DNA of 64,000 bases from an uncultured Dokdonia sp. (lineage in GTDB: Bacteria > Bacteroidota > Bacteroidia > Flavobacteriales > Flavobacteriaceae): positions 120,518 to 184,517 of the forward strand of contig NZ_CANLNH010000008.1 in NCBI RefSeq assembly GCF_947492535.1. Direction: 5' to 3'. Position 1 is the stretch's first letter. The number at the start of each line of letters is the position of its first letter. The notes beneath the pieces were generated by a model. That model was not told the origin of the DNA, did not search any database, and saw nothing but the letters and a program-made list of their open reading frames with translations. Positions 28,316 through 38,200 of the stretch are shown in pieces. Both the position numbers and the translations under genes were made by a program.

Positions 28316-30781
28316 CGTACCATACCAACTCCCTCTAAAGTTAGGATTATCAGCAAAAAGGACGACACGACCACTCCCTTGTGGACTTACCACTAAAGAA
28401 GCCGATGGTTTTAAATTATCTTCCAAATTTTCTTCAGAAATAAAACCATCTATATGTGGGTCTTTCGTATACTTAGCTACTGTGTTATATTCATTTTTAC
28501 TAGGCGCTAACCATACATTATTATTCTTATAAACAGGCAAATCGCGGTAACGATATCCAAATCCAAGCGGGTGAGTGATATCTAAATCTACTTTGAAAAT
28601 AGCACCTCCTAAACGTTGTTTTCCTCTATTATTACGTGCATCTACATAGTTTTTACGTTCAGTTACTTTGGTTGTATCCTTTTTCTTTTCTGTTAGTTTT
28701 CCAGTAGCTATTTTTCGGTTAACTGCCCATGAAGTTGCACGCCCTATCGTAATGAGTGTATTCCCTTGAGATACCCATGTTTTAAGTTTTTGTACATCTC
28801 CATCAGAAAGCCGACTATAATTTCCAGAGACCATTACTAGGGTGTTGTACTTGCTAAGATCTGCAAATCGGAAGTTATTCATCAGAATCTTCGTAATAGG
28901 CATATGTACACGTGTATCGAGTAGATGCCATACCTCTCCCGCTTCATACGAACTCGTGCCATCCCCAATAAGCATGGCTGCTTTGGGCGTGTCAATTTTT
29001 GCAAAGTTACTACTCCCTAGATCAATTCCTTTAACACTAAAACCTGTATTTGTAGCATGAATAGGTACTTGAAAACGTTGCTGGGCTTCAGAAACAATGG
29101 TAAATACTTCATTTGCATCTAGTGACTGTCTACTCACAGGAACCAGAAGTGCTCCATAATTAAAATCTACGGTTCCATTTTGTGTTTTTGCAGTAAAGGA
29201 TTTAAAAGCCGTAGATACTGTAATTCCTTTTTGTTGAAGGTGATATAGTAATGCTGTAGCATTATAATCATCATAATCTATGAGATACGCATAGTTTGTT
29301 TTTGAAACTGGAGTCACTGTAGCGATACCATCTGTACTGGTTACTTCATTACTCAAACGAGGCACACTATTTAACCCTTTGTAGCGCATATTATAAAAAT
29401 TGGCGACACTCCATGCGCTGGCATCATAATACACACTATCGCGGTATTTGCTATACGTCTCAAAAAAAGATTGCACCATACGTTTTTGTGGTTGTGCTAC
29501 AGGCACTACATAGGTGCCATCTCCTTTTTTGTAGGTTTTAATTCGATGTAATAGAAGTTTGTCTATAAATGCTTTGGTACGATTTCGGTCGTTAGGATCT
29601 CCAAATTCATAAGCAACGGCTTGATCTGTTTTTGCTTTCGCGAAAGCGGATACAAAGAAATCTTGCTGGTATTTACGTAAACGAGCTTTATTCTCAACAG
29701 CTGCTTTAACCGTAGCAAAGCTAGAAGTATACTGATTACGAATCGTAAACGGAAAAGAAATCGTTCCAAAATCGGTGTCTTGTAAATGCCCTCGACTACT
29801 GGCTTGTTCAAAAAGCAATGCGAGTGCTCCTTGTAAGTCGGGATACGAACTTCCATAGCCAGGATAGGTGCCATCAAAGGCTTCTTTTGTAAAATAGAAA
29901 GACCCAATCTGATCTAATGCATCTGAAAAGTAAGGAGCAAAAAGGTTGTTGAGGTCTTCGTAGTTTTCTTTAGGCATGATAGGATTTAAACTCCCTATAG
30001 GTAACATAGGTTCAAAGAAGTGAGTGCTATTAGTGCCCATTTCGTGAAAATCGGTGACTACATTTGGATACCACTCGTGATACCAATTTAATTTCCCACG
30101 ACTCTCTGGATGAATCCCAAGTAACCAATCTCGGTTTAAGTCAAACCAATAATGATTGGTACGTCCTCGTGGCCACATTTCTGTATGTTCTGCATCAATA
30201 TTATCAGAGACAAGCGGTGATCCTTTAAAGCTATTTGCCCATTGCGTATGACGATCACGTCCGTCAGGATTAATGGTAGGATCTATAAAAATAATAGCAT
30301 TTTTACGGTAGTTGGCGATAGCTGCATGCTCTGAAGCAACGAGTGTGTAGGCTGTTAATAGAGCAGCTTCAGAACTAGAAGGCTCATTACCATGTACATT
30401 ATATCCTAATTGTATAAAAACTGGAACTTGATCATAATTTGTTGCTTTTTGCGAGGTATTAGAAAAAGCAAGATGCTGTTTTTTAATAGTTTCTAAGTTG
30501 GTGTGATTTTCTGGAGTAGCGATTGTAAGCATGACTAATTTTCTGCCTTCATGAGTACGACCGTATTCTGAAATAGTTGCTCGGTCAGATACTTCGGCAA
30601 GTTTTTCTAAATAAGAAACAATTTGATCATGTCGTGTATGCTGCTCTCCAATACCGTAGCCTAGAAATTCTTCAGGTGTTGGAATGCTTTGTTGAAAAGG
30701 AGTATATTTTGCAAAATAATAGTCTTGCGCTTTCGCGAAAGCGGATAAAAAGAGAATAATAATGAGTAAAGAACGTTTCAT
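28268..30781 (-). CDS. Exported M14 zinc carboxypeptidase-family protein
   Basis: NVHGNEPS, NPDGR, DLNRDW, DFHEMG; signal peptide. Confidence 0.9.
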   Translation of the reverse strand: MKRSLLIIILFLSAFAKAQDYYFAKYTPFQQSIPTPEEFLGYGIGEQHTRHDQIVSYLEKLAEVSDRATISEYGRTHEGRKLVMLTIATPENHTNLETIKKQHLAFSNTSQKATNYDQVPVFIQLGYNVHGNEPSSSEAALLTAYTLVASEHAAIANYRKNAIIFIDPTINPDGRDRHTQWANSFKGSPLVSDNIDAEHTEMWPRGRTNHYWFDLNRDWLLGIHPESRGKLNWYHEWYPNVVTDFHEMGTNSTHFFEPMLPIGSLNPIMPKENYEDLNNLFAPYFSDALDQIGSFYFTKEAFDGTYPGYGSSYPDLQGALALLFEQASSRGHLQDTDFGTISFPFTIRNQYTSSFATVKAAVENKARLRKYQQDFFVSAFAKAKTDQAVAYEFGDPNDRNRTKAFIDKLLLHRIKTYKKGDGTYVVPVAQPQKRMVQSFFETYSKYRDSVYYDASAWSVANFYNMRYKGLNSVPRLSNEVTSTDGIATVTPVSKTNYAYLIDYDDYNATALLYHLQQKGITVSTAFKSFTAKTQNGTVDFNYGALLVPVSRQSLDANEVFTIVSEAQQRFQVPIHATNTGFSVKGIDLGSSNFAKIDTPKAAMLIGDGTSSYEAGEVWHLLDTRVHMPITKILMNNFRFADLSKYNTLVMVSGNYSRLSDGDVQKLKTWVSQGNTLITIGRATSWAVNRKIATGKLTEKKKDTTKVTERKNYVDARNNRGKQRLGGAIFKVDLDITHPLGFGYRYRDLPVYKNNNVWLAPSKNEYNTVAKYTKDPHIDGFISEENLEDNLKPSASLVVSPQGSGRVVLFADNPNFRGSWYGTNKLFFNALFFGSLIN
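29634..29648. repeat. Palindrome-family copy inside M14 gene (AFAKA)
   Basis: GCTTTCGCGAAAGCG. Confidence 0.88.
30728..30743. repeat. Palindrome-family copy in M14 signal peptide (SAFAKAQ)
   Basis: CGCTTTCGCGAAAGCG. Confidence 0.9.
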
Positions 30782-30912
30782 ACACAAAGTTTTAGTAGAT
30801 TAAAAATAGGCAAAAAATAAGAGGATGATCATGCATATAAGTTCATTTATTTTTTTATTAAAGAATTTCTTGCACGATATTTGATATAATTGTTGAAAAT
30901 TTAAAATTGTAT

Positions 30913-32289
30913 ATGCGCTATATAATACTCTTTCTCTTTGTAACTCTTCCTGCTTTAAGTCAAGACATTGTTCCCGGTACTATTATTTCTTCAATTGCTT
31001 TAGATGATACTCAAAATGACACCTACGCCTTATATCTCCCTAGAGGATATGATGAGAATGAGAGTTATCCGATTGTCTTTGTTTTTGATGAAACCAATGC
31101 AGGAGATCGGGCCGTACAACAATTTACCATCGGAGCAGAGCTTACCCGTAGTATTATAGTGGGAGCCAATTTTGCAATTAAAGATTCGTTACAAACAGGC
31201 TTAAAACGAACAGAAAAACTAATTAATACGGTGTATCAACGGTATGCAATAGACGCTGCTAAAATTATATTTGCAGGTCGAGGAGATGGGGCATTGGTAG
31301 CAACAGCGGGCGCATATAAAACACAAAAAATTAAAGGAGTTATTGCTATAAATGATATTTATATAGACAAAAATATTTTTAGTAAAAACTCAGGGATTAA
31401 ATTGACGCTTATATCGGGCGATGAGAATCCTAATTCGTATAAGTTACGCGCTTACCAAAATGTATTGCGTAGTAGTTCAAGTTTTGCAGGGTATTACGAG
31501 TATGATGGAGGAAAAGATTGGCCAGAAGCTGGATTTTTATCGGCGGCTATGGTTGATATTCTAATGACTAGAGCAACTCCAGTAGAAGATGTACAACGTT
31601 ATTATGATAGTGACCTTGCTTTTGGAGAATTATTATATAGACAGCAAAAACACTTACCCGCATTTAGTTTTGTACAAGACTTAAAGAAGCAATATAAAGA
31701 TCGCGTTGATACAGATTCACAGAAAAAGCTATTAAAAACCATACGAGGAAATACTACTTTTAAAGCAAAACGATCTAGAAAAACAACTGTAAAATATGCG
31801 GAGCTTTTACTAGCAGAAGATTTTCAATACTACCTTACTGAAGATGCTAAGAATTCTTACTTTGATAACCTAGGTTGGTGGAATTTTCAAATGAATGATT
31901 TAGATGCAAAAATTGATAGTACAGCAAGTAATAATCAAGAACGTAAAGCTTCTATTCGTTTAAAAGGATTTGCAAAAACACTTGTAGAAGACAAATACAA
32001 AGAGGTTTTAGAAAAAAAGCCTAAGATAGAACAACTACTATTTATGAATATTTTACGTACGTTGGTAGACCCTAACAATCAACAAGCCTTTATAAATGCA
32101 ATTTCTTTAAGTGCAAAAGAAGGTGATGTAAATGCAAGTTTGTTTTATTTGGAAGAACTACTTAAAAGTGGTTTTACAAATTATGAACTTCTCTATAATA
32201 TAGATGGTACAACTGCATTACGTATAGGAGAAGAATGGAATGCCATTGTAAAAGCCTATCTCGGAAAATCTAAGTTTTATGATGATTAA
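30913..32289 (+). CDS. Exported alpha/beta-hydrolase-like protein with helical C-terminus; catalytic residues apparently lost
   Basis: YALYLP..YD...YPIVFVFD, IIFAGRGDGA, YDGGKDWP; signal peptide. Confidence 0.65.
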   Translation: MRYIILFLFVTLPALSQDIVPGTIISSIALDDTQNDTYALYLPRGYDENESYPIVFVFDETNAGDRAVQQFTIGAELTRSIIVGANFAIKDSLQTGLKRTEKLINTVYQRYAIDAAKIIFAGRGDGALVATAGAYKTQKIKGVIAINDIYIDKNIFSKNSGIKLTLISGDENPNSYKLRAYQNVLRSSSSFAGYYEYDGGKDWPEAGFLSAAMVDILMTRATPVEDVQRYYDSDLAFGELLYRQQKHLPAFSFVQDLKKQYKDRVDTDSQKKLLKTIRGNTTFKAKRSRKTTVKYAELLLAEDFQYYLTEDAKNSYFDNLGWWNFQMNDLDAKIDSTASNNQERKASIRLKGFAKTLVEDKYKEVLEKKPKIEQLLFMNILRTLVDPNNQQAFINAISLSAKEGDVNASLFYLEELLKSGFTNYELLYNIDGTTALRIGEEWNAIVKAYLGKSKFYDD

Positions 32290-32402
32290 TAAGACCTTTT
32301 AACTAGGTTTTATTGATTGGTTATTACATTATCAAACACGTATTTATACTTATAAGTGTTTGTATAAATTATACTATTTTCATAGCACGTAAACTAACCA
32401 TC

Positions 32403-33533
32403 ATGAAGCATAGAATTTTATGGAGTAGCTTTATAGCGCTCATTTTAGTAGGTAGTTGTAAAAACAATACAGAAACACCTATTCAAGAGACTACTGAAGA
32501 AGAATTAGGAGTAATTTCTAAAAAACAAGCAACACCTGTTTTTAGTTTTTCTTTTGTAGGATGTAACCGTATTGATAGACATAATCAATCATCTTCAAAC
32601 CCTTCTACAGCAAATACATATGCTCTAGAACGTATTTATCAGGATATGGATAGCTTATCACTAAAGCCTGAATTATTCTTTTTTCTAGGAGATTTAGTAC
32701 TTGCGGAGAGTACACTCCCTAATTTAGATTCACAACTTAAAGCTTGGGAGAAATTGTACGATGCAAACCCTATTAGCAAATCTAGAATTGAACTCGTCGC
32801 TGTACCAGGAAATCACGAAATGTTAACATATACACCAAATGGAGAAATTCCCCTTAAAGGGAGTACAGATGTCTGGTTAAAGTATATGAAAAAGTACATG
32901 CCAACGGGTAGAAAAACAGCTCCAGATACCTTAGGACTAGATAATCGATTGACGTTTGCTTTTACAAAACATAATGTAGGTTTTGTAGTCATGAATACCG
33001 ATACCTATAACCCTAATGGATTAGAAGGCCAATTACCTGTGTCTTGGGTAAATAATCAAGTAGAAGCCTATAAGAAAGACAGCGCTATAGATCATATTTT
33101 TGTGTTAGGACATCGTCCTTATTATGTAAATGGACAACCAGACACAACGCATGGAGGATTACCTCAAGGAGGGCAATTATGGCCAACATTTGAGAAAAAT
33201 GGAGTAATAGCCATGCTTTCTGCACATCAACATAATTATGAACGTTCGCAACCTATTAATAACGCTCTGGGTGGAGGAACCTACCAAATTGTCGCTGGTC
33301 ATGGAGGAAGTGTTAATAATCGTCATGTATCTCACTCACCGCCATTTTTTGGCTATAGTTTGATTACCGTAATGAGTGATGGGTCTGTAGAATTAGATAC
33401 GCGTGGATATTGTACGGGTGATACATATTTAACTCCAGTGTCTAGCAATCCTATGACATCTAGAGATAAGACAACTTTGACGTGGGCAAAGAACCCTAAT
33501 ACATTTACAAATCCTTATACAGGATGTCAATAG
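32403..33533 (+). CDS. Metallophosphoesterase lipoprotein
   Basis: Lipobox VGSC; GDLV, PGNHE, GHRP, AHQHNY motifs; start set at MKHRIL. Confidence 0.85.
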   Translation: MKHRILWSSFIALILVGSCKNNTETPIQETTEEELGVISKKQATPVFSFSFVGCNRIDRHNQSSSNPSTANTYALERIYQDMDSLSLKPELFFFLGDLVLAESTLPNLDSQLKAWEKLYDANPISKSRIELVAVPGNHEMLTYTPNGEIPLKGSTDVWLKYMKKYMPTGRKTAPDTLGLDNRLTFAFTKHNVGFVVMNTDTYNPNGLEGQLPVSWVNNQVEAYKKDSAIDHIFVLGHRPYYVNGQPDTTHGGLPQGGQLWPTFEKNGVIAMLSAHQHNYERSQPINNALGGGTYQIVAGHGGSVNNRHVSHSPPFFGYSLITVMSDGSVELDTRGYCTGDTYLTPVSSNPMTSRDKTTLTWAKNPNTFTNPYTGCQ

Positions 33534-33549
33534 TATACAAATGAATAGG

Positions 33550-33589
33550 TATGCTTTCGCGCTTGCCTGCTGGTAGGTAGGAAAACGTA
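33550..33589. repeat. Palindrome copy split by a second, degenerate 20-bp palindrome
   Basis: TATGCTTTCGCG [CTTGCCTGCTGGTAGGTAGG] AAAACGTA. Confidence 0.65.
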
Positions 33590-33661
33590 CTTTTTGAGAC
33601 CAGCCTGCTTGTAGGTCCACAACCGCAGGGAAAGTAAGACTATAAAACGTATACAATTGTA

Positions 33662-33707
33662 AAACTCATCTTGATTTTTTAGAAAACTAAAAGACCAAGA
33701 TGAGTTT
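33662..33707. terminator. Bidirectional terminator
   Basis: AAACTCATCTTG ... CAAGATGAGTTT between convergent genes. Confidence 0.7.
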
Positions 33708-33740
33708 ATTATTTAATAGGATATTAATTGTTTTGGCTAA

Positions 33741-34982
33741 TTACTGTTTTAAAATCTTAAAGGTACCTTCCTGTCCATTAATGGTAGTTTTCATCAGATA
33801 GATTCCTGAACTAAGTGCTGTCATATCAAGTTGTGTTGTTGTGGTAGTATTTGTTTGCTCGATCACTTTTTGACCAGATAGCGTATAGAGGCTTATTTTT
33901 TCTATAGGCGTTTGTGCATTAAGGGTAAGTGTGTTTTGAACCGGATTAGGAAAATATTCAAAACCATCAAATGCTTGCTCATCAATACTTAAATTGTTAT
34001 CAAATTCTATAACAACATCAGAGGCAGTATCCAAATTGATCACTAATAGATAGTAGGTTTGTCCTGGTACAGTTTCTATACTGGAAGTAATGAAACTCGC
34101 ACATTCATTTGTTCCGGAATCTTCAAAGAGCAAGTCACCAACTGTTGCATTTTCATCAGGAGCATTATAAAAAACAACAAGGGCACTAGAAGCATCAGAT
34201 GCAGGGGTAGTAATGGTGGCCGTGGCTGTACCTTCTTCTGTAGCTGTAAACTTATACCATACGGCTGGTACTGGGTTACCACCTGTACCACAGTTTGTAT
34301 CATTAGGAATAACATCTCCTGTAGCCGTTAGGAAATTAACAGCAGCATCGGTAAACGGAAACCCTGCTTCATCTACATCTATGGCATTTTCAATAAGGTC
34401 ATTTGATGGTGGGATGGGATTACAAAATACAATACCAGCAAATGCAACGGCTCCAGTATCAAGGTCTGTAGTATCACAGATTCTCAGTTGCCAGGTACCA
34501 GTTATAGACTCCCCATCAAATACATCTGCAAAATTTCCACCTTGAGGTTGAAAAATTGAGCCTGTGTATGGAGGCGTGGCTGTAGTGATATCCTCTCCAC
34601 CATCTCCAAAAGTGGTAACGAAATAGGCATCAACTGTATTTCCGCTATTATTATCTGTAAGGACAATACTTGTTCCTGCAGGAGATACTAAAGAAATTTC
34701 TAAATCTCCAGAATAGGTATGTTCTATTTCAAAGACTACCTGACTAAGGCTTGTCGTTGAACCTATAATCCCTGTTTCGGCAATGTCAAATGCGATAATA
34801 TTAGGTTCATTTTCACAGTCTATAGTAATAAAATCTTCACCATCAAGCTCTAAGGGTAGTGGAGTGGAGGTCTCTTGGGCTAGGAGAGTTCCTGCGTCAC
34901 AAACACCTGGTACTGTTTGTGCATTGGACAATGCTCCAAATACTAAAAATAAAATAGTAAGGGGTAGGGTAATTTTTTTCAT
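33741..34982 (-). CDS. T9SS type A cargo with proprotein-convertase P-like domain
   Basis: IEHTYSGDLEISLVSPAGT, FDGESITGTWQLRICD; CTD FEYFPNPVQ...SGIYLMK...FKILKQ. Confidence 0.88.
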   Translation of the reverse strand: MKKITLPLTILFLVFGALSNAQTVPGVCDAGTLLAQETSTPLPLELDGEDFITIDCENEPNIIAFDIAETGIIGSTTSLSQVVFEIEHTYSGDLEISLVSPAGTSIVLTDNNSGNTVDAYFVTTFGDGGEDITTATPPYTGSIFQPQGGNFADVFDGESITGTWQLRICDTTDLDTGAVAFAGIVFCNPIPPSNDLIENAIDVDEAGFPFTDAAVNFLTATGDVIPNDTNCGTGGNPVPAVWYKFTATEEGTATATITTPASDASSALVVFYNAPDENATVGDLLFEDSGTNECASFITSSIETVPGQTYYLLVINLDTASDVVIEFDNNLSIDEQAFDGFEYFPNPVQNTLTLNAQTPIEKISLYTLSGQKVIEQTNTTTTTQLDMTALSSGIYLMKTTINGQEGTFKILKQ

Positions 34983-35134
34983 AATAATTATTGTTTTGTT
35001 AACTTGTTTAAAGTTTTAATTAGAAAATATATAAAATACTTTTTCTAATAATTGAATGGTCAAATTTCTTACTATTAGTCAAGGATGTCTAGCACGACGT
35101 TTTCAATTTATAGCAGAATACGTACTGTAAAATA

Positions 35135-35163
35135 TGTGCTATCTTGAGAAAGATTTGTGCTAT
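35135..35163. promoter_or_regulatory. Candidate HTCS operator (direct repeat, 21-bp period)
   Basis: TGTGCTAT at 35135 and 35156, between the divergent HTCS and T9SS genes. Confidence 0.4.
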
Positions 35164-35222
35164 TCAAATTCTTATAACTTTAATATATTACTATCCTTAA
35201 TTTTGAGAACTTCTTTATTTTG

Positions 35223-38200
35223 ATGAAACGGCAATTATTACGCTACGCTAGCCTTCTAGTTTTTTTTTTGATTAGAGATTCTTGTATTGCACAAGAAAAT
35301 TACTTGGCTTCCTATTTAACTGAAGAAGAGCGTGCCAATTTTGGAAATGTGTACAGTTTGTACGAAGACCCTGTTGGTATTATATGGATGGGAGTCTATG
35401 GAAAGGGACTGGCTTATTATGATGGCGAAAAAGTAAAGCGTTTTCCCTTGCCTAATGAACAAAATTTTGCCAGTCGTGATATTGTTTTTGAAGGATTTGA
35501 AGACAAACTCTATCTCAATGATGGGGATGGTATTCGTATTTTCGACCCTATTGTTCAGGACAACCCTAAAACCATTGCCCTAAATAGCGAGCAGATCCAA
35601 TTGGGATCCCTTTCCGGAATTGCCGTTACAAAAAATGGGGGAGACACCTATGTATGGGGCGCTTTGCAACTTAATACTCAAGATACAAATCCCGAATATC
35701 ATATATTGATCTCTAAAAACCATGGGCCTTTCCAACAACTTACTACCAAGCCTATACGCACACATGGGAGTGTGCTTATTAAACGTGTAGGAGAAACTAT
35801 TTTTGCGAAAGCAGAAACTGACTTCGAAATCTGGTCTGTAAATGGAAAAGTAGCTAGTATAGCGATACCTCAAGTACCTGCGTCTGTTATCACAACGTTT
35901 AACTTTCGGGTAGAAAAAGATGGCACAGTCTGGCTGGGAGGTGCATGTAAACAAAATCTTGCATATAAAGAAGGACAGTATATCAACTCCTGTACGATAT
36001 GGAAAAAATCTCCCAATAGTAATCAATTTACATTGACTAAAGATGTGGTTTCAACAGGACGTGGAACCATCTCTTCTACTGTGGATACCAATAATTACCT
36101 ACAACGGATAACCATTATTAATGAGCGTTATTTTTCATTTGCTGATGCCAGAAATCTGGATGAAGCACTTGACAATCCTATTCAAATTATTAATACCTCG
36201 GAAAATTTTTTAACAAAGCACCCTTTTACAACCCTCAAAACAAAATCTGGAATTATCTGGTGGGGTAGTATAGATGGGCTTCATAAATTAACGCCACAAC
36301 CTCCTGCCTTTAAATTATTACCACCTTTAGGATTGCGTTCTTTTATAGAGGATAGGGAAGGATATGTCTATGGAAGTGTCGACTTGTATAACAAATATGA
36401 GCAAGGCTCTTCGATAAATCGGTATGACCCTGATACCGATAAGGTGGTTTCTCTGGCAAAAAGAAACCTTGCTGGAAGTTATTGGTATCATGTAAATTCT
36501 TATAAGGACAAAATGTATGCCGGTAACGGAATTGTGAACCCCGTTGAAGGATATACCAAACACTTTGATGATGTGGAATTGGATTTTAATCTTGGACCTT
36601 ATTTATCTCTTATTACTACAAAGGGCGAATTATGGAAAGCTCATTGGGGCGTTCCCTATATAGGCATTTATGACCCTGATACAGGCAAACGCATTAAGCG
36701 TATTCCTATTAAAGCCTTACAATCGGCGGTAGTCAGTCTTAATGACTGGTACCAACGTCCTTCTGATGGTACGATCTGGCTAGGTACCTATGGCGTAGGC
36801 ATCTTTGTTTTTGATGAAGATGGAACTTTGTTACATCATCTAGATCGAAAAGATAATGGTGCTATCTCTCTACCAAACAATGTAGTGTCTGCTTTTTACG
36901 AAGATAGTCAAGGACGTATGTGGATTGGGCATGGGTCGGGATTGAGTCGTATTGATCTTGGCTTTTCAGACATTACACATTATACCTTTGATCCCGACAA
37001 TCCAGAATCCCGTTTGGTATATGGTATTCTCCCAGAAGATGATGATCGCTTTTTATGGCTCAGTACTAGCAAGGGTATTTTTCGTTTCGATTCAGAAACT
37101 GGGCAGTTTATGGACTTTCCGCTTCATCCCAATGTGATGGGCTATGAATACAACAGAGCTTCGTATTACAAAAGTAAAAAAGGACAGTTCTTCTTTGGGA
37201 CAGATCGAACTGATCGTCCAACTATTAGTTTTTTTCCAGAGGATGTGTTGCGTTATTACAATCAGGTTTCGTCTGAAAAATCACAAATCATCCTTACTTC
37301 TTATGCGCAATATAATGGAGAAGAAGAAAAAGTCATAAGTCAAAAAAAAGGAATTCAGAACATAGATAGCATCGTATTGCAGCCCGGAGATCGCTTTTTT
37401 GAGTTGTCTTTCCTCGTTACTGATTTTAGAAGTACTGGGAGTAACAGTTATAGCTATTACCTTGAAAATTATGAAGCGGACTGGAATTCTATTGCACGAA
37501 ATAACAATAAGGTACGCTACGAAAATCTCCCTCCTGGAATATATACACTTAAAATGAGAGGTGGACTCGTTCCAGAAACTGCTTCTCAAAACCAACGCGA
37601 TATTACTGTAATTGTGCGACCATATTGGTATCAAACACTATGGGCTAAAATTGTAGGTGTTTTACTCATTTTTGGCCTTGGATTCCTTATTTATAGATTT
37701 AATTTAAAACGTCAATATGAAAAACAAGAGACAAAACGCTTAAAGGAAGTAGACGATTTGAAAACACGTTTGTATACTAATATTACTCATGAATTCCGAA
37801 CCCCACTTACTGTGATTATGGGCATGAATGATACCATCAAAGGATTTGATAAAGAACGTGATTTAATAAAACGAAATGCTAAAAACTTATTACGTCTTAT
37901 CAATCAATTATTAGATTTATCAAAACTGGATTCAGGAACTTTGAAGATGGATACAACTAAAGGGGACATCATTTTGTATTTAAAATATTTGACAGAGTCT
38001 TTTTATTCTATGGCTTCAGATAAGAAAGTACATTTGAGTTTCCATTCTGATATGAAAGGATTGGTTATGGACTATGATGAAATCAAACTACAACATGTAA
38101 TCTATAACCTTTTATCTAACGCAATCAAATTTACACGACCTGGAGGAAAAGTAAATCTTACGTTAAAGACCATATCATATAAAGGCAGACCGCATATTGA

